From Eledone cirrhosa (lineage: Eukaryota), in NCBI GenBank assembly GCA_964016885.1, contig OZ024742.1, positions 236,654,001 through 236,718,000 of the forward strand: a stretch of DNA of 64,000 nt, given 5' to 3'. The notes under the pieces are model-generated. The model saw nothing but the letters and a program-made list of their open reading frames with translations, did not search any database and had not been told where the DNA came from. Made by a program: the position numbers and the translations under genes. Shown piece by piece: positions 37,979-51,772 of the stretch; the first letter of the stretch is position 1; every line of letters begins with the position of its first letter.

Positions 37979-40900
37979 TATAATGGACACTTGACTATTG
38001 AAGAAGACACTTGAGCTACGTGCTATGAACCCCAAACCACATGACCTCAAAGTGTATTATTCATTCACCACACAGTCATTCCTGTATATTATAAAATCAA
38101 AGATGAATTGTATGAAGATATAAATTATAAGTCGTGTTGTGGAAATCAACAAGTGTGCACATGTTTTGTTATTCTTTCCATACACAGATATAAAAAAAAA
38201 CTATTTTTGTCTAATCTGTTTAATTCAATATAGATAAAACTAGTTATATCTATAATTAAATTTACCTTAAATCTAATATGCGCGGTATGTATAAATACTT
38301 AATATAATTAGGCTGCCGAACGTCAGCACGTCAAATAAATTAACTCGGTAAGGTCAGTTAAATTCTACTTTGAGTTTTACATATATAGGGTTTGCTATGA
38401 GCTCCCTCCGTTGTCGAAATCTTAAGCGTAGTTGTCTTTTAACCCAGGGAAGAAAATCTCTGATACGCATAAAGGCAATCTTTTGTGTTATTTTGTGCAC
38501 CGACTGGGTAACAGAAACTGTATTTACACTTTAATTTCACAGCAGGAATCGATAATTTAAAACTTATAGACGCTGTGTTGTGTATTAACATATATTATTT
38601 TATTAATTTCTAATTAATTGCGTTGGTAAACGAATGCATGCCTTGCAAATTAGAAAAATTCTGCTGTGGTGAGGTGTAGGAAATGCTAAAATTTCGGGCT
38701 TATTGCCATTCAACGCTGTAGTGTCAGCATGAGTGTATGTATGTATGTATGTATGTATGTATGTATGTATGTATGTATGTATGTATGTGTATATATGTAT
38801 ATGTATATGTATAATATACACATATATTATATGTATACATATCTTATAGGTACTAGTGTATGTATGTATATATTTTGTATATAGTATGTGTATGTATGTA
38901 TGTATGTGTATATATGTATATGTATATGTATAATATACACATATATTATATGTATACATATCTTATAGGTACTAGTGTATGTATGTATATATTTTGTATA
39001 TAGATGTATGTATGCATGAATGTTAATCAGGTCTTTAAAAAAAATCACAAACACAAACACAAACTACAAATACATATCTGTGTCTTCAATGTCAACCTCA
39101 CCCACAACCGCAACCGATAAAAAGTATACGAACAAACAGAACAAGAAAGCAAAAGCTAGAAGATTCCCAACCTATTGTATAGTTTAGTTAGTTAATTCTT
39201 TCATACACACACGTCTAGCTGTAATCAGATATACAGACATAGAAAAATCACTGACACAATATCTACTAAACAGACAGGTCTTTGAAATGACATAGCAACT
39301 GTGTTGGTGCCATTCTTCAGATAGTTTTTAGAGATATCCCCAAAATACGAGACATCAACATTTTTTTCTATTTCTTTTATTTATTTATTTTTTTTTTTTT
39401 CATTTTCATTATATTTTACTTTCACATTATTGCTCTCTTTCGTGGCTACAAAAATGGAAATCCGTCGACGAATATAACAAAGATACATAGAAAAGAGGCA
39501 GATTAACCGGGACTGCGCGATTGTGTATATAAATAGACACGTTGAGTATATAAACATTTTACCATTCTACGAGATATTACGTAAATGTGACGTTTACATG
39601 TCTACACTCGTAATGTTTATGCATCATTATGAAGTTCAAATCCCGCCGAGGTTAACTTTGCTTTTCATCCTTACGAGGTCGATAAAATAAAGTACAAGTA
39701 ATACACTGGGTAATTGCTGCCCTTGTGCCAAAAGTAGAAACAATTATGAAGGTTGGAATAGAATAAGCCTCCCTCGGTTTCAACAATGATTGGTCAATGG
39801 AAAAACCTGCTTCTGAAATTCACATGCTAGTGGTAGTACATTCAGCAGAAATGTGCGCCATTAACGTAGTTTCTAGCGGGATTCACTGTTACACAGTGTG
39901 TGATATAGTTGGCCCAATGAATCATTAGTACAGCACATTTTTGGCAACTGACTGCACTACAGCAACGCGAAATAAACAGATAGAACAGAACTCAAGAGCT
40001 TTGAACTACCGGTACAGTCCTTCTGTATGGCTTCTCAAAAATGACCGTCTAACTAATTTCACACTAGACTTGGGTCGACCAGATTAGGGTGGGATGGAAT
40101 GATATACAGCTACAGCATCTATTATTTATTTATAAATAAACTTCTTTTCCGTTTATATATGTTATTAATATATATCGTTTTCATTTGAAAGCATATTGGC
40201 GGATTTATTTTGTAAGAATTTTAAATGCTATAATTTTAAGTTTAATTAATTATGATGGAAATTGTAATTACAAATGAAAACAAAATACACGTATACATTT
40301 TTTATGAAAGAAAAGGACACGTTAAACAATTTAGTTTTAAGTGTGATTTGATGGAGATTTTGCTATGATATCTAACAGAAGTTTCCTCGTTGGTTAACAG
40401 ACGTAGGACCAGGTAAGTGGTTAAGAAGTTCGCTTTGCACCCATGAGATCTCGGATTTGATCCTTCCGCGAATATCTTAAGCAATAGTCATTTACCATAG
40501 TCTCATATCGACCAAAGCCTTGTAATTGAAATTTGGAAGGCAGAAACTGTGTGGAATCCTGCAAACATTACACACTAAGGGTAGACCCTCTGTGGAATAT
40601 TTAACGAGTTGGATGTTAATTCATGAAGTGAAATTCGATTGATTGAACGACTGAATGATCAGCGTCGAAACCGACGGAGGATCCGTCATTCTCACCCACC
40701 CAATATTTATCACCAACAACAACAACAACAACAATAATAATAATAATCCACAGAACAATGAAATTTATATTTAGGCAAACATTCAATATTCCTTTGTTCA
40801 GAGTATGACTGATACCCGTATCTAATTTGAAATCAGCTGATAAGTCTGTTGTAGTTCGGATGTTAGGGGAAAAGACGTGAGGTAAACAAGATTTAATTCA

Positions 40901-41457
40901 GCCTATGGTGTGAGCCCCTGTGTCTGAGAATGTATGTCTGTGTGAAGGCACGTGGCTTAATGGTTAAGGGTTTCCGTTAAAGACCACAAGGTCATAAGTT
41001 CGATTCCTTGATGACACTTAGTTTCATGTTGCTTCAGTCAACTCAGCTGGCAAAAGAAAAAGATGTGTTGCACCTGTGATTCAAAGGGCAATTCTTGTCA
41101 TGCATTAAATATTCTTGATGATTACGTTAAGAGCTCACATGTCTATAGAAGGCTTAGCATCTTGCACGGTAATGACACATGTCGCCTTTTCTGTTGTTCT
41201 AACAAGGGGAACATTCATCGTTGTAACTGACGGAGGTCGGTCCAACAACCATATATGTCTTGTTTATGGGGATGTGTGTAAGTCCTTTTGTTGTTTAATC
41301 CTTTACTGGTTTTAGCATCTTGAAGGGATTTAGTCGATTATATTGACCTTTGTACCTACTTTCCTCAAGACTAGTTTTATCGAAACTATTTGTCGAACCG
41401 GGCTAAACTATAAAACCTAAATGAAGAGTAAACGTCAACACACACGCATACACACAT

Positions 41458-41549
<92 letters not shown>

Positions 41550-41579
41550 AGATCAAAAGATGGTTAAAAGAGTTCCATG

Positions 41580-41650
41580 TATTTTATTATGCGCATTTCA
41601 AAAACAAATATCATCATGCAATAATATTTGTGTTTTCATCAGATAAAATA
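41580..41650 (-). ncRNA. Hammerhead motif, same family as 17220
   Basis: tattttat-CTGATGA-aaacacaaatattatt.gcat.gatgatatttgttttt-GAAA-tgcgca-TA-ataaaata. Confidence 0.85.
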
Positions 41651-42237
41651 AGAAGACATGATATGAAGGTTAGAAAACACTTGTGAATAGTGCAGTTTTA
41701 AATCAACATATGTACTACACACATATGTACTACAATAAAACTCACCTCCTATATATATATATATATATATATATATACGGCGGACTTCTGCACAATCTCC
41801 GTGTACCAAATTCTATTCATAAGGCATCGGTAAGTTAGAGACTATTGTGGTCGTAGCTCAAGGTGCTAGGCAGTGGGAGTGAACACAAACCCACTTGGTT
41901 ACGAAACAAACTCCTTTACTTCGTAACACACCAGCGGTGCCTGTGCGTCGTAAAACACACAATCTTATAATTTATTTCAAGCTATTAAAAGTTGTTTTTA
42001 ACAGTGTAAAAATATCTAAAGTGTATCTTAAGGTTTATGACTTGAACAAAACAAATCATGTTATGAGAATTTCAGTTGAAATACAGAGCTATTCTTATAA
42101 TATTCAATGTTAAAACGGTTTGATGTAACAAGGTCTTATTCAATTATTTGCCGATAGGATATCCATATTTCTAAATGTTTATCATGACATTCTTGGCACT
42201 TATTTGTTATAGTTAACAATTGAAACTGATAATTTTA

Positions 42238-42324
<87 letters not shown>

Positions 42325-42494
42325 CAAAGAGATGGTAATTCAACAACTTTATTTATAACAAATTCGAAGCACTCGACAAGTTTCCTGGAGTATAATATCA
42401 ATGATATTAATAAATGGAAACTATATTTATAAAACCATATTTATTTTATTGTATATATTTCAAGGGTATGTCACTATTTATAAAACAAATTTTG

Positions 42495-42557
42495 TATTTT
42501 ATCTGATGAGGGCGTAACAAAGTATTTTGGTACCCTTGAAATATATATAATAAAATA
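42495..42557 (+). ncRNA. Hammerhead motif, intact core
   Basis: tattttat-CTGATGA-gggcgtaacaaagtattttggtaccctt-GAAA-tatata-TA-ataaaata; partial inverted copy at about 42400-42468. Confidence 0.8.
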
Positions 42558-42601
42558 AATATGGTTTTATAAATATAGTTTCCATTTATTAATATCATTG
42601 A

Positions 42602-42668
<67 letters not shown>

Positions 42669-42692
42669 TGTGGAGAAGGAGCACAGGAGTTG

Positions 42693-42731
<39 letters not shown>

Positions 42732-42749
42732 CATAGGGAGAACAAGACA

Positions 42750-43093
42750 AGACGATCATTAGGAAGAAAAATATTTTTTCCCTTTTATTTTTTTTCTCTT
42801 TTTTTCTGGGTTAGAAAATGTTTAAAACAAAATATTTTACTTTGTGTGAAGTGTTAATTTATTTATTAATTAATAATGGCATTTATTTATTTATTTATAT
42901 ATTTAATAATGGTCTAACAATTGTTAAATATATAAATAAATAAATAAATGCCATTGTTAATTAATAAATAAATTAACTAATACCTTAACACTTCACGCAG
43001 AGTAAACATTTTTTAAAAACATTTTCTAACCCAGAAAAAAGAGAAAAAAATAAAAGGGAAAAAAAAATTTTTTTCTTCCTAATAATCGTCTTT
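42750..43093. repeat. ~340-bp AT-rich hairpin element between (TA)n tracts
   Basis: Arms about 42750-42910 and 42920-43093 are reverse complements with small indels. Confidence 0.85.
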
Positions 43094-43107
43094 TTCTCCC
43101 TATTTTC

Positions 43108-43190
<83 letters not shown>

Positions 43191-43196
43191 ATAAAG

Positions 43197-44091
43197 TATG
43201 TCCATAGAATCATTTGATAAAATATATACACAATTTCCTCTCCCAATCAGCATAATCAACCACACAAAAAACCAATTAAACAAGGCTATAAGATTAAAAG
43301 GCACCTATGAAGAAATAATAGATAAATAAATGACACCTATCTATCCGCGATCAACAACTATAGAATATTTAGCCAGCATTTCTAATAGCATATGGAAATC
43401 GATTAAATATATCGTCAACCATACACAATTAGGTATAAAATCAAAGTTAGAAGAAAAAATGTATATAAGCATACCAAAATTATGTTTCTACACCATGAGG
43501 TTTCATTCGCTTTTTTGGAAATATCCGATCAAGGATAAATTCACGAGTTTCGAAATCATCAGGAAACAAACTCACTTGGACGAAGATTTTTCTTAAATGA
43601 TCCCCGCCGGAAACGAATTGAAAATGGCTAAGAACTGTGACGTGGCAGTGGTCAAGTCAGAAAGAATGTGATTGGTGCCTTACGGCGAGTGGGCTGGTTG
43701 CTAGAAAGCGCAGCCTAATACTGCCTAAATTGCATCTCAACCATATGGGAGATTATCAAATATAAAGATTTACATATTCATAAACTAGACAAAGACATAG
43801 ATATATATATATGTGTTTTTGCGACCATTCACGATGTGGCTCAATGACGAATTAATTAATTAAATAATCAACAATCAGAGCAATATACAAGAAATTATGT
43901 CCATAGAATCACTTGATAAAATATATACACCATTTCCTCTCCCAATCAGCATAATCAACCACACAAAAAAACAATTAAACAAGGCTATAAGATTAAAAGG
44001 CACCTATGAAGAAATAATAGATAAATAAACGACAGCTATAGAATATTTACCCAGCATTTCTAATAGCATGTGGAAATCGATTAAATATATG
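43197..44091. repeat. Element with ~200-bp terminal direct repeats between (TA)n tracts
   Basis: 43197-43412 is repeated at 43896-44091 with a ~20-bp deletion. Confidence 0.85.
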
Positions 44092-44305
44092 ATATATATA
44101 TATATCGATTAAATATATGATATATATATAAATATGATATATATATATATGATATATATATATATATAATATATGATATATATTATATATATATATATAA
44201 TATATGATATATATACATGATATATATATATATATTATATATATATATATATATATAATATATTATATATATTTATATATATTTATTATTATTATTTTAT
44301 ATATA

Positions 44306-44345
<40 letters not shown>

Positions 44346-44388
44346 TCAGAATAATAATAAATGAAGACATTCACATAATCAAAATATA

Positions 44389-44454
44389 TGTTTTATTATA
44401 TATATTTCGAAGGTACTGTGCTGTTTGTTCAGTACGTCCTCGTCAGATAAAATA
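44389..44454 (-). ncRNA. Hammerhead motif, intact core
   Basis: tattttat-CTGACGA-ggacgtactg...cagtaccttc-GAAA-tatata-TA-ataaaaca. Confidence 0.82.
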
Positions 44455-44601
44455 CATGAATTGATGTATGACATACCTCAACGGTCTTGATAGTTTAATT
44501 GCAGTATTGGCAGTCACTCCAGAAAACTCTTTGTAGAGTGCTTTTAATCTATTGTAAAACTATATTTATTGAGGAATCAATGAGCCATATTAATCTTAGG
44601 T

Positions 44602-44762
<161 letters not shown>

Positions 44763-45295
44763 GGAGGTGCATGGCCTAGTGGCAAGAGTGTTGGACTTAC
44801 GATCATAATGTCGTGGATTCGATTCATGGGCTGGGTTGGGTGTTGTGTTCTTGAGCAAAACAATTCATTTCTGAGAGTACAAGACTTCCTCTCCAGAGGG
44901 GAATCTTGTACACTCAGTTGCTTCACACCATAAAACCGGGATAAACAACGGCCTAACGAGCCTTGAATGGCTTAAGACAGACTTTAGATTTCGAATATAT
45001 ATATATGTGTATGTATATATATATATATGTGTGTGTGGGTGTGTGTGTTTATATATATATATATATAATCAAGTATATAGGTGGAAAAAAATTGGTTTTT
45101 AAATTATTTAAAATCCTTTACAAGAGATTGTTCGAATTATGTTAGGTGAAAATTCCTATAACCAATATCTATATGATATATAGATATATATTTGCACTTC
45201 TCCATCATCGGAGGAATAAAAAAGAGCATTAAGCAAGACGCAGAACCTTATAAAACGATCCATTATCTTTACTATACACACACGCATATATATAT

Positions 45296-45359
<64 letters not shown>

Positions 45360-45548
45360 ATATATATACATATATATATATGATATGTATATATATATAT
45401 ACATATATATATATGTATATATATGATATATATATACATATATATGTATATATATATATGATATATATATGATATCTATATATATATATATGTATATATA
45501 TGTATATATATTATCCTATCTGTTCTACTCAGGTCATTTCTATTTTAG

Positions 45549-45707
45549 ATAATTCTGAATTCAATGCAAAAATACCAGCCTCGTTTTCACGTGATATACG
45601 AAGACCCCAAAAAGGACGAAAACAAATACCCGGAGACACAGAATTTCAGAGCGTTCATATTTCCTGAGACCAAATTCATGGCTGTAACCGCTTACCAAAA
45701 CCATCGG
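45549..45707 (+). CDS. Tbx1: Tbx1/10 T-box exon (phase 0-0, 53 codons)
   Basis: ttttag acceptor and gtaaga donor. [53 protein letters not shown] continues the T-box in frame from the 827-1100 exon. Missed by the ORF track. Confidence 0.95.
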
Positions 45708-46257
45708 GTAAGAAACTAGAAAATCTACATTTATTTTTAAGAACTTTTGTTGTGAATGGGTATGAACGTGGCTTACGATCCAGTAAAAACTAAAATGAAC
45801 ACAGATGAACACATATACCCTATATGTAGCCAGTACTTCTGTGCCTGAATCTTACTCAACAGAAATGAACAGAGGCGTGATCCAGTGGCTAGGATGTTGG
45901 CTCAAGATCATAACATCATGGTTTCGATTCTTGGACCGTTGCACACTTAATTCAACAAGAGGTTTCATTTCACATTGATTGTCATTATAGAACTAGGGTT
46001 ACTATCATTAAAACACCAGAGAAACCTCCTATGGCATGCAACCTTGTAGAGGGTGAGCAAACCTTGCATAACTGTGAGCTGTAGATTTTATTTTTATATT
46101 CGTTCTGTCACTGGAAAAAAGCAATGGAAACACATTATTTTCTTGGTTCGATCATACATATATATATATCGCCGTATTTTGACTAAAGAAATTAAAGAAA
46201 TTATTTAGCCTGATAGTGGGGTTAAGAACCCTCGGAGAAATGGAAAAAGATGAGTAT

Positions 46258-46329
46258 TGACGTACATGGGAGTCGAACCCACATCTTTGGTTATCCGGAC
46301 CACTGTTCTACCATTTACACCAACACATC
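46258..46329 (-). pseudogene. tRNA-like sequence (pseudo-tRNA or SINE head) inside an inverted duplication
   Basis: Cloverleaf-like fold: TGGTGTAAATGG A-box, GGTTCGACTCC T-loop, G-U-rich acceptor stem, non-canonical anticodon loop CCGGATA and a downstream TTTTT. Confidence 0.6.
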
Positions 46330-46550
46330 ACGACCACTGTGCTACCATTTACACCAACACATCACCCGGATAACCAAAGATGTGGGTTCGACTCTCATGT
46401 ACGTCAATACTCATCTTTTTCCATTTCTCCGAGGGTTCTTAACCCCACTATCAGGCTAAATAATTTCTTTAATTTCTTTAGTCAAAATACGGCGATAGCT
46501 TACATTTCTAATAATTTCAAACCCACTCGCTGTTTCGAAAATATTCTTAC

Positions 46551-46587
<37 letters not shown>

Positions 46588-46789
46588 GTATATGTATATG
46601 TATGTATGTATGTATGTGTATGTATGTATGTATATATATATAAATTTAGGTAAAAATGGTACAAGTGGTGGTGGTGATTTGCAATATTTTTGGTGCTCTG
46701 AGTTCAAATCCCACCGAGGTCAACTTTATCTTCTATCCTTTAACTATCGGACGTTTCTGCTAATCCACCTACCGTAATGATATAAGTAA

Positions 46790-46888
<99 letters not shown>

Positions 46889-47007
46889 TAAGTATCTCAT
46901 TAAAGAATCTCACTTAAAATAATCGATACAATTTTATTACTAAGTTTTTACAGAGTTCAGACTTGAAATGTGTTTTAAGACATATTTATGTTTATGATTA
47001 TCAATCT

Positions 47008-47473
47008 ATGGCGAAAGAGGTTGTATGGTGGAACGGTCTGAAAGGACTGAGGTCAGACACCTTTCTCTCTGGCCAACAACTGGTCGTTTCTTCCGATATC
47101 ATTTCGGAAGAAGGATCAGGATGGAGAGAGAGGTACTGCACCCCAGCCGTTTCTATGAAAGATGGGTGAAAGTGGCGAGAATGGCCCGTGTGAATGGGCC
47201 TTCACTCTACATCAGACTGTAGGTGAGAAAGATGAAAGATCATGAGACCACCCTCTCTCTGTGCTCCTGAGGAGAAGGGTTGCACACTTTTTCGGGGAGG
47301 GGGGGGGCGACCCTCCAAGGCGCCTCTTCCCTATTGAGGATTTTGTTATTCAATTTATTTTTGTTATATTTTATATTTTATATTTTGTTATTGCCTCCTC
47401 CTTAGTGAGGACGCCAACTCCCCTCATTGTACTTGTCCCACTCTTTGATGCCCTGGTGGCAAATAAAAAGAAA
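47008..47473 (+). mobile_element. 5'-truncated fragment of a related Tx1 subfamily (ORF2 tip and 3' UTR)
   Basis: MAKEVVWW..LKGLRS / FFRYHFGRRIRMEREVL...RMARVNGPSLY matches the ORF2 C-terminus with a frameshift; ends GGTGGCAAATAAAAAGAAA. Confidence 0.9.
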
Positions 47474-47552
47474 GTTATCTATAGTATTACCACTTTACAG
47501 AATATACTTTAAATTTGGATCGCCTAAAGATGTACCCACTATTGATTTTCAG

Positions 47553-47650
47553 AGTTGTTGAAGTGTTGAACAATATAACAACAGGAAACAGGAAACGAAA
47601 TCACCACAGACCAAGTTCTCTCTCTTTAAAATTATTCAAAGAAGATAAAG
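47553..47650 (+). CDS. Tbx1: Tbx1/10 post-T-box exon (98 bp, phase 2-1)
   Basis: ttttcag acceptor and gtatga donor, phase-compatible with both neighbours. VVEVLNNITTGNRKRNHHRPSSLSLKLFKEDK resembles vertebrate Tbx1 RNHRPGALPL. Confidence 0.8.
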
Positions 47651-48472
47651 GTATGAAAATTCAACTGTTTGTTTATCTTTCTTTCCACCACCGCCTCTTT
47701 TCTCCCTCTTCACGTTTGTAAATATATACAACTTAATATAAAATTTTGAGTCAATAAAATATTTTGATACCATTGTGATATTTTCTTACGAGACCAAGTG
47801 ATGTAATATATTTGTTACATCATATCATAACGTGGCAAACTTGTAATATAACATCTTTGTTACGTCATATACGGTGTAATATTTTGTTACACCTTACAAT
47901 GTGGTCAATTGATTAGGCATCTTTGTTACGTCATACGCCACATGACCAATGGTTGTGGTGATTTTGTTACGTCATATCGTACTAGATGATATTTTTGTTA
48001 CACCATATCATAACGTGGTCAACTGGCTAGATAACATATTTTTGTATCTATGCTATGTGGCCAAAAGCTGTGAATGTTACGTCATATCACATCTGACCAA
48101 GTTATAAACTTACGTGGCCAAGTGAGTTATCGTTAGGAGTTATCGTTAGTTATCGTTAAGTTCAAATAATGAGGTTTAATAATTAATTTGTCTTTCAGGC
48201 ATTTGAGGCATTTCTTTATCTAAACCTTTTGATGTTGCTCCAAGACAGTCAGAGATATAGAGCTTAAGACATGCAGAAATGCAAAGACAGGGAGAAGGAA
48301 AATGTTCCAAATTAAGTTTAATGTGAGGAATTTAGAAGCTTCAAGTTAAAGTTAGATTTTCTTTCGGGGTAGGGTTAAGATTCCTTTAGAGTTAAGGTTA
48401 GGTTTAAAGATAGAATTGACTCCATCGTACTGAAATAACAAACAAAATCTTTTTTAGAAGTGAATCATTTAA

Positions 48473-48656
48473 CCCTTCAGCATTTAAACCGGCCATATCC
48501 GGCCAGAATTCTCTCATCTCTTTCTGTTCAAACCAGTTATAACTGGCTGCTCATACTTATGTTAAGGTTTTGTTCTCAAAATAAATAATATCAGAATCTC
48601 GTAAAATCGATATTATGTGAGATAAATAAATATAGAGTAATGTAAATGCTAAAGGG
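48473..48656. mobile_element. piggyBac-type MITE
   Basis: TTAA on both sides; TIR CCCTTCAGCATTTA / TAAATGCTAAAGGG. Confidence 0.85.
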
Positions 48657-48748
48657 TTAAGAATAACTTTTTATAAAGCTTTTCATCTACCGATGAAAAA
48701 TACTATTAACATTTTTATTTATATTTATACTTTTATTTCAATTTTTAG

Positions 48749-49065
48749 AATATTTAGAAAAAGAGTCTAGCAACGCACAGCTGTCACGTGTTATAAGTCC
48801 AAATTTATCCGGCGGAATAAACTTGCAGCTTTCCCGTGGTATGGAGCCCCCACGAACTCCTCAAGGATATTCAGATGGCTACAGTTACAATCCTTACAGT
48901 CCTGCCTCATATATGCAACCAGCTAAAGTCAGACCAAGTCCTTACGCTCGAGAAATGGATTATGCTTCATATCACTCGCGGGTCAAAGGCTTTTACTCAC
49001 GTGCGAACACTTTCAGATCACAAATGCGTGATCCTATGACGTGGGGTACACAACCAATGACGTGA
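48749..49065 (+). CDS. Tbx1: Tbx1/10 terminal coding exon
   Basis: atttttag acceptor, phase 1, open to TGA at 49063-49065. Contains AKVRPSPY, similar to the Tbx1 C-terminal KSRPAPY motif. Confidence 0.82.
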
Positions 49066-51296
49066 AGTACCCAGCCTATGACGTGGAGTACAATAGCTGT
49101 TGATGTGAACGAGATGGGTTTCTTTCATCACATAGCCGACCAAAAAAAAACAAAAAAAACTGCTTCATTATTTTTTTTTATATTTACCGCTATATTATGT
49201 TATCGTCAGTAATTTTATTGGAGACCTGTAATATATAAAACACAAAACAGATTTTCTAACATACAATGCAGCAACACTATATATAAATACTCTCTCTCTC
49301 TCTCTTTCTCACACACACATACAGTGTTTCCAACTTTCTCAGTAACGTTCAGAGATTTTATTTGGGTAGTACCTATTTCTAAAACGAACAATGTATGTAT
49401 GTATGTTCTTGAAATGCTAACTATGAAAATAAAAAAAATGCATTTATTTTATAGTTAATTTATATACAAGAAGAGAGAGAAAAGTTATATGGCTTTTGCA
49501 CACACATTGCAAACAATCATCGACAAACCTCATTTACCAAATAAACGTGTATAATTGTATAAGAAGAATATCAATAACAACAATGACAACAGAACAATTG
49601 ATAAAATCAATCACCGAATTTATATTATTTAATGGGCGGCCTTCAACAAAAGATATAGAACATTGCAAGAAAAATAAAAAAGATAATGAAACATGAATGG
49701 ACAATAAAATTCGTTTTCAAATTAATAAACGTGTTGAATAAATATCTACTTGAATGTGACCTGCTCTGAGATACAGAAACTATAATTTCTTAACAGGTAC
49801 AACTAAAAATAGCATATTTTCCATTGGAAGCAAAATACGATAAGGTTACTAAAAAAAACACAGACTATTTGTCGTGTTAAGATTATAAAAGTGTGTTTTT
49901 ACTCATGTTATTATCATTTGTTTGAAATTTCATTGAGCAGTTAATTGGCGCGTGGGACAAAATAAATACCTTGCGATATTTCTTCCAACTCTTTACGTTT
50001 TGAGTCCTGTCGAGATTAGCTTTGCCTTTCATCCTTACATGGTCGATAAAATAAAACAGCAGTAATGTGTTGGGGGTCGATTTATTCACCCCCCCCCCTT
50101 CTCGAAAAATGGCTACCCTTGTGCCGAAATCAGAAACCATTATTTTGAAATTTTATTTGGCGGTGGATTGGCAAAATCTTTAGCGCATCTGAAAAAAATA
50201 TCTGGCGATATTAGTTCTGGCTCTTTTCCTTCAACGCTCAAGCCTCGCTGAAGTCAACATTGTCTTTTATCCGTTCGGGGTCAATAAAATAATGTACTAG
50301 TTCGAATTAATTGACTTTCCCCTATCCCCAAATTGCTGACATTGTCTCTAAATTAAGAAACCCTTATGTTTATTTTATTTTATTTTTAAATATTTCTTTT
50401 TAAGCTTTGTCAAAGTATTTTGACATTTTTCTTAAAATGACTGAACCCTTATATAAATATACTGAAAGAAGTAAAACAGAATTATGAGAGGAATTTTTAG
50501 AATAAAGACATTTTTTTTTTCAATGATGTAAACAAATAAGTATCAACATCCAAAACAAATATATATTAATGATTATTTGTGTATGCAGTGTAAATTAAAC
50601 CAAATATAAGCAAATGTATTCACTCCTAAATTTAACGGTATGAGAATATAAATCTAAACGAACAGGCACACATACACACACACAAACATACACTTAAAAA
50701 ACACCCACAGAAATACATTCATACAAACACACACATAGAGTTTCACCCACGAACAGACACACATACATTCACACAAACATACACTTATAAAAAACAAGCA
50801 CAGACATACATTCATACAAACACACAGTTTCATTCCCAGCGTTTGTTATGTAAGTCGTCACAGAAATGTATGTATACTCACATACACTCACACACATATA
50901 CTTGTCAGTCAACACATGTGTAGATGTTTGTATGTGTTTAATTCTCTGTGTATCTGATTAAATATTAACGTGAAGATGTATATGTATGTAACTTACTAAA
51001 GTCTAACGTACGTAACGAACGCGTCAACACACATACACTCACAAACACATACACACTGATATACAAAATGTGACGTCGTCGTCGTAGTGTTATAAAATGT
51101 CCGTTTATTATAGTTGCCTATAGTAGATTATTTTAGATAAAATGTTATATTGTTTTAATCCAAACGAAAATAAATATTACATGTTAATTCCGGGGTCTAA
51201 TAATATTACCGTGTAAAGAGAGACAGACAGACACAGAATTTTATATGTATAGAGATATATACTTATAACATGTACGTTTGTATATATGAACATATG

Positions 51297-51379
<83 letters not shown>

Positions 51380-51430
51380 TACATATACATATGTATACAT
51401 ATAGATATAGATATATACATATACATATGT

Positions 51431-51491
<61 letters not shown>

Positions 51492-51772
51492 TAAATTAAG
51501 ATATATATACACACATATTTATATAGAAATTATATACATATATATATTATGTACATGTATATATATATATTATATATTGTATACATGTATATATATTATA
51601 TACATGTATATATATATATATATATTATATATACAATATATACATATACATGTATATATATATATTATATATATTGTATACATGTATATATATTATACAC
51701 ATGTATATATATATATTATATATATAATATATACATATATATATAATATATACATATATATAATATATATAT

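Noticed and set aside
46258-46329. Functional tRNA gene
   Set aside because: Lacks U33 and purine 37, has a mismatched anticodon stem base and many G-U pairs, and is embedded in a rearranged repeat.
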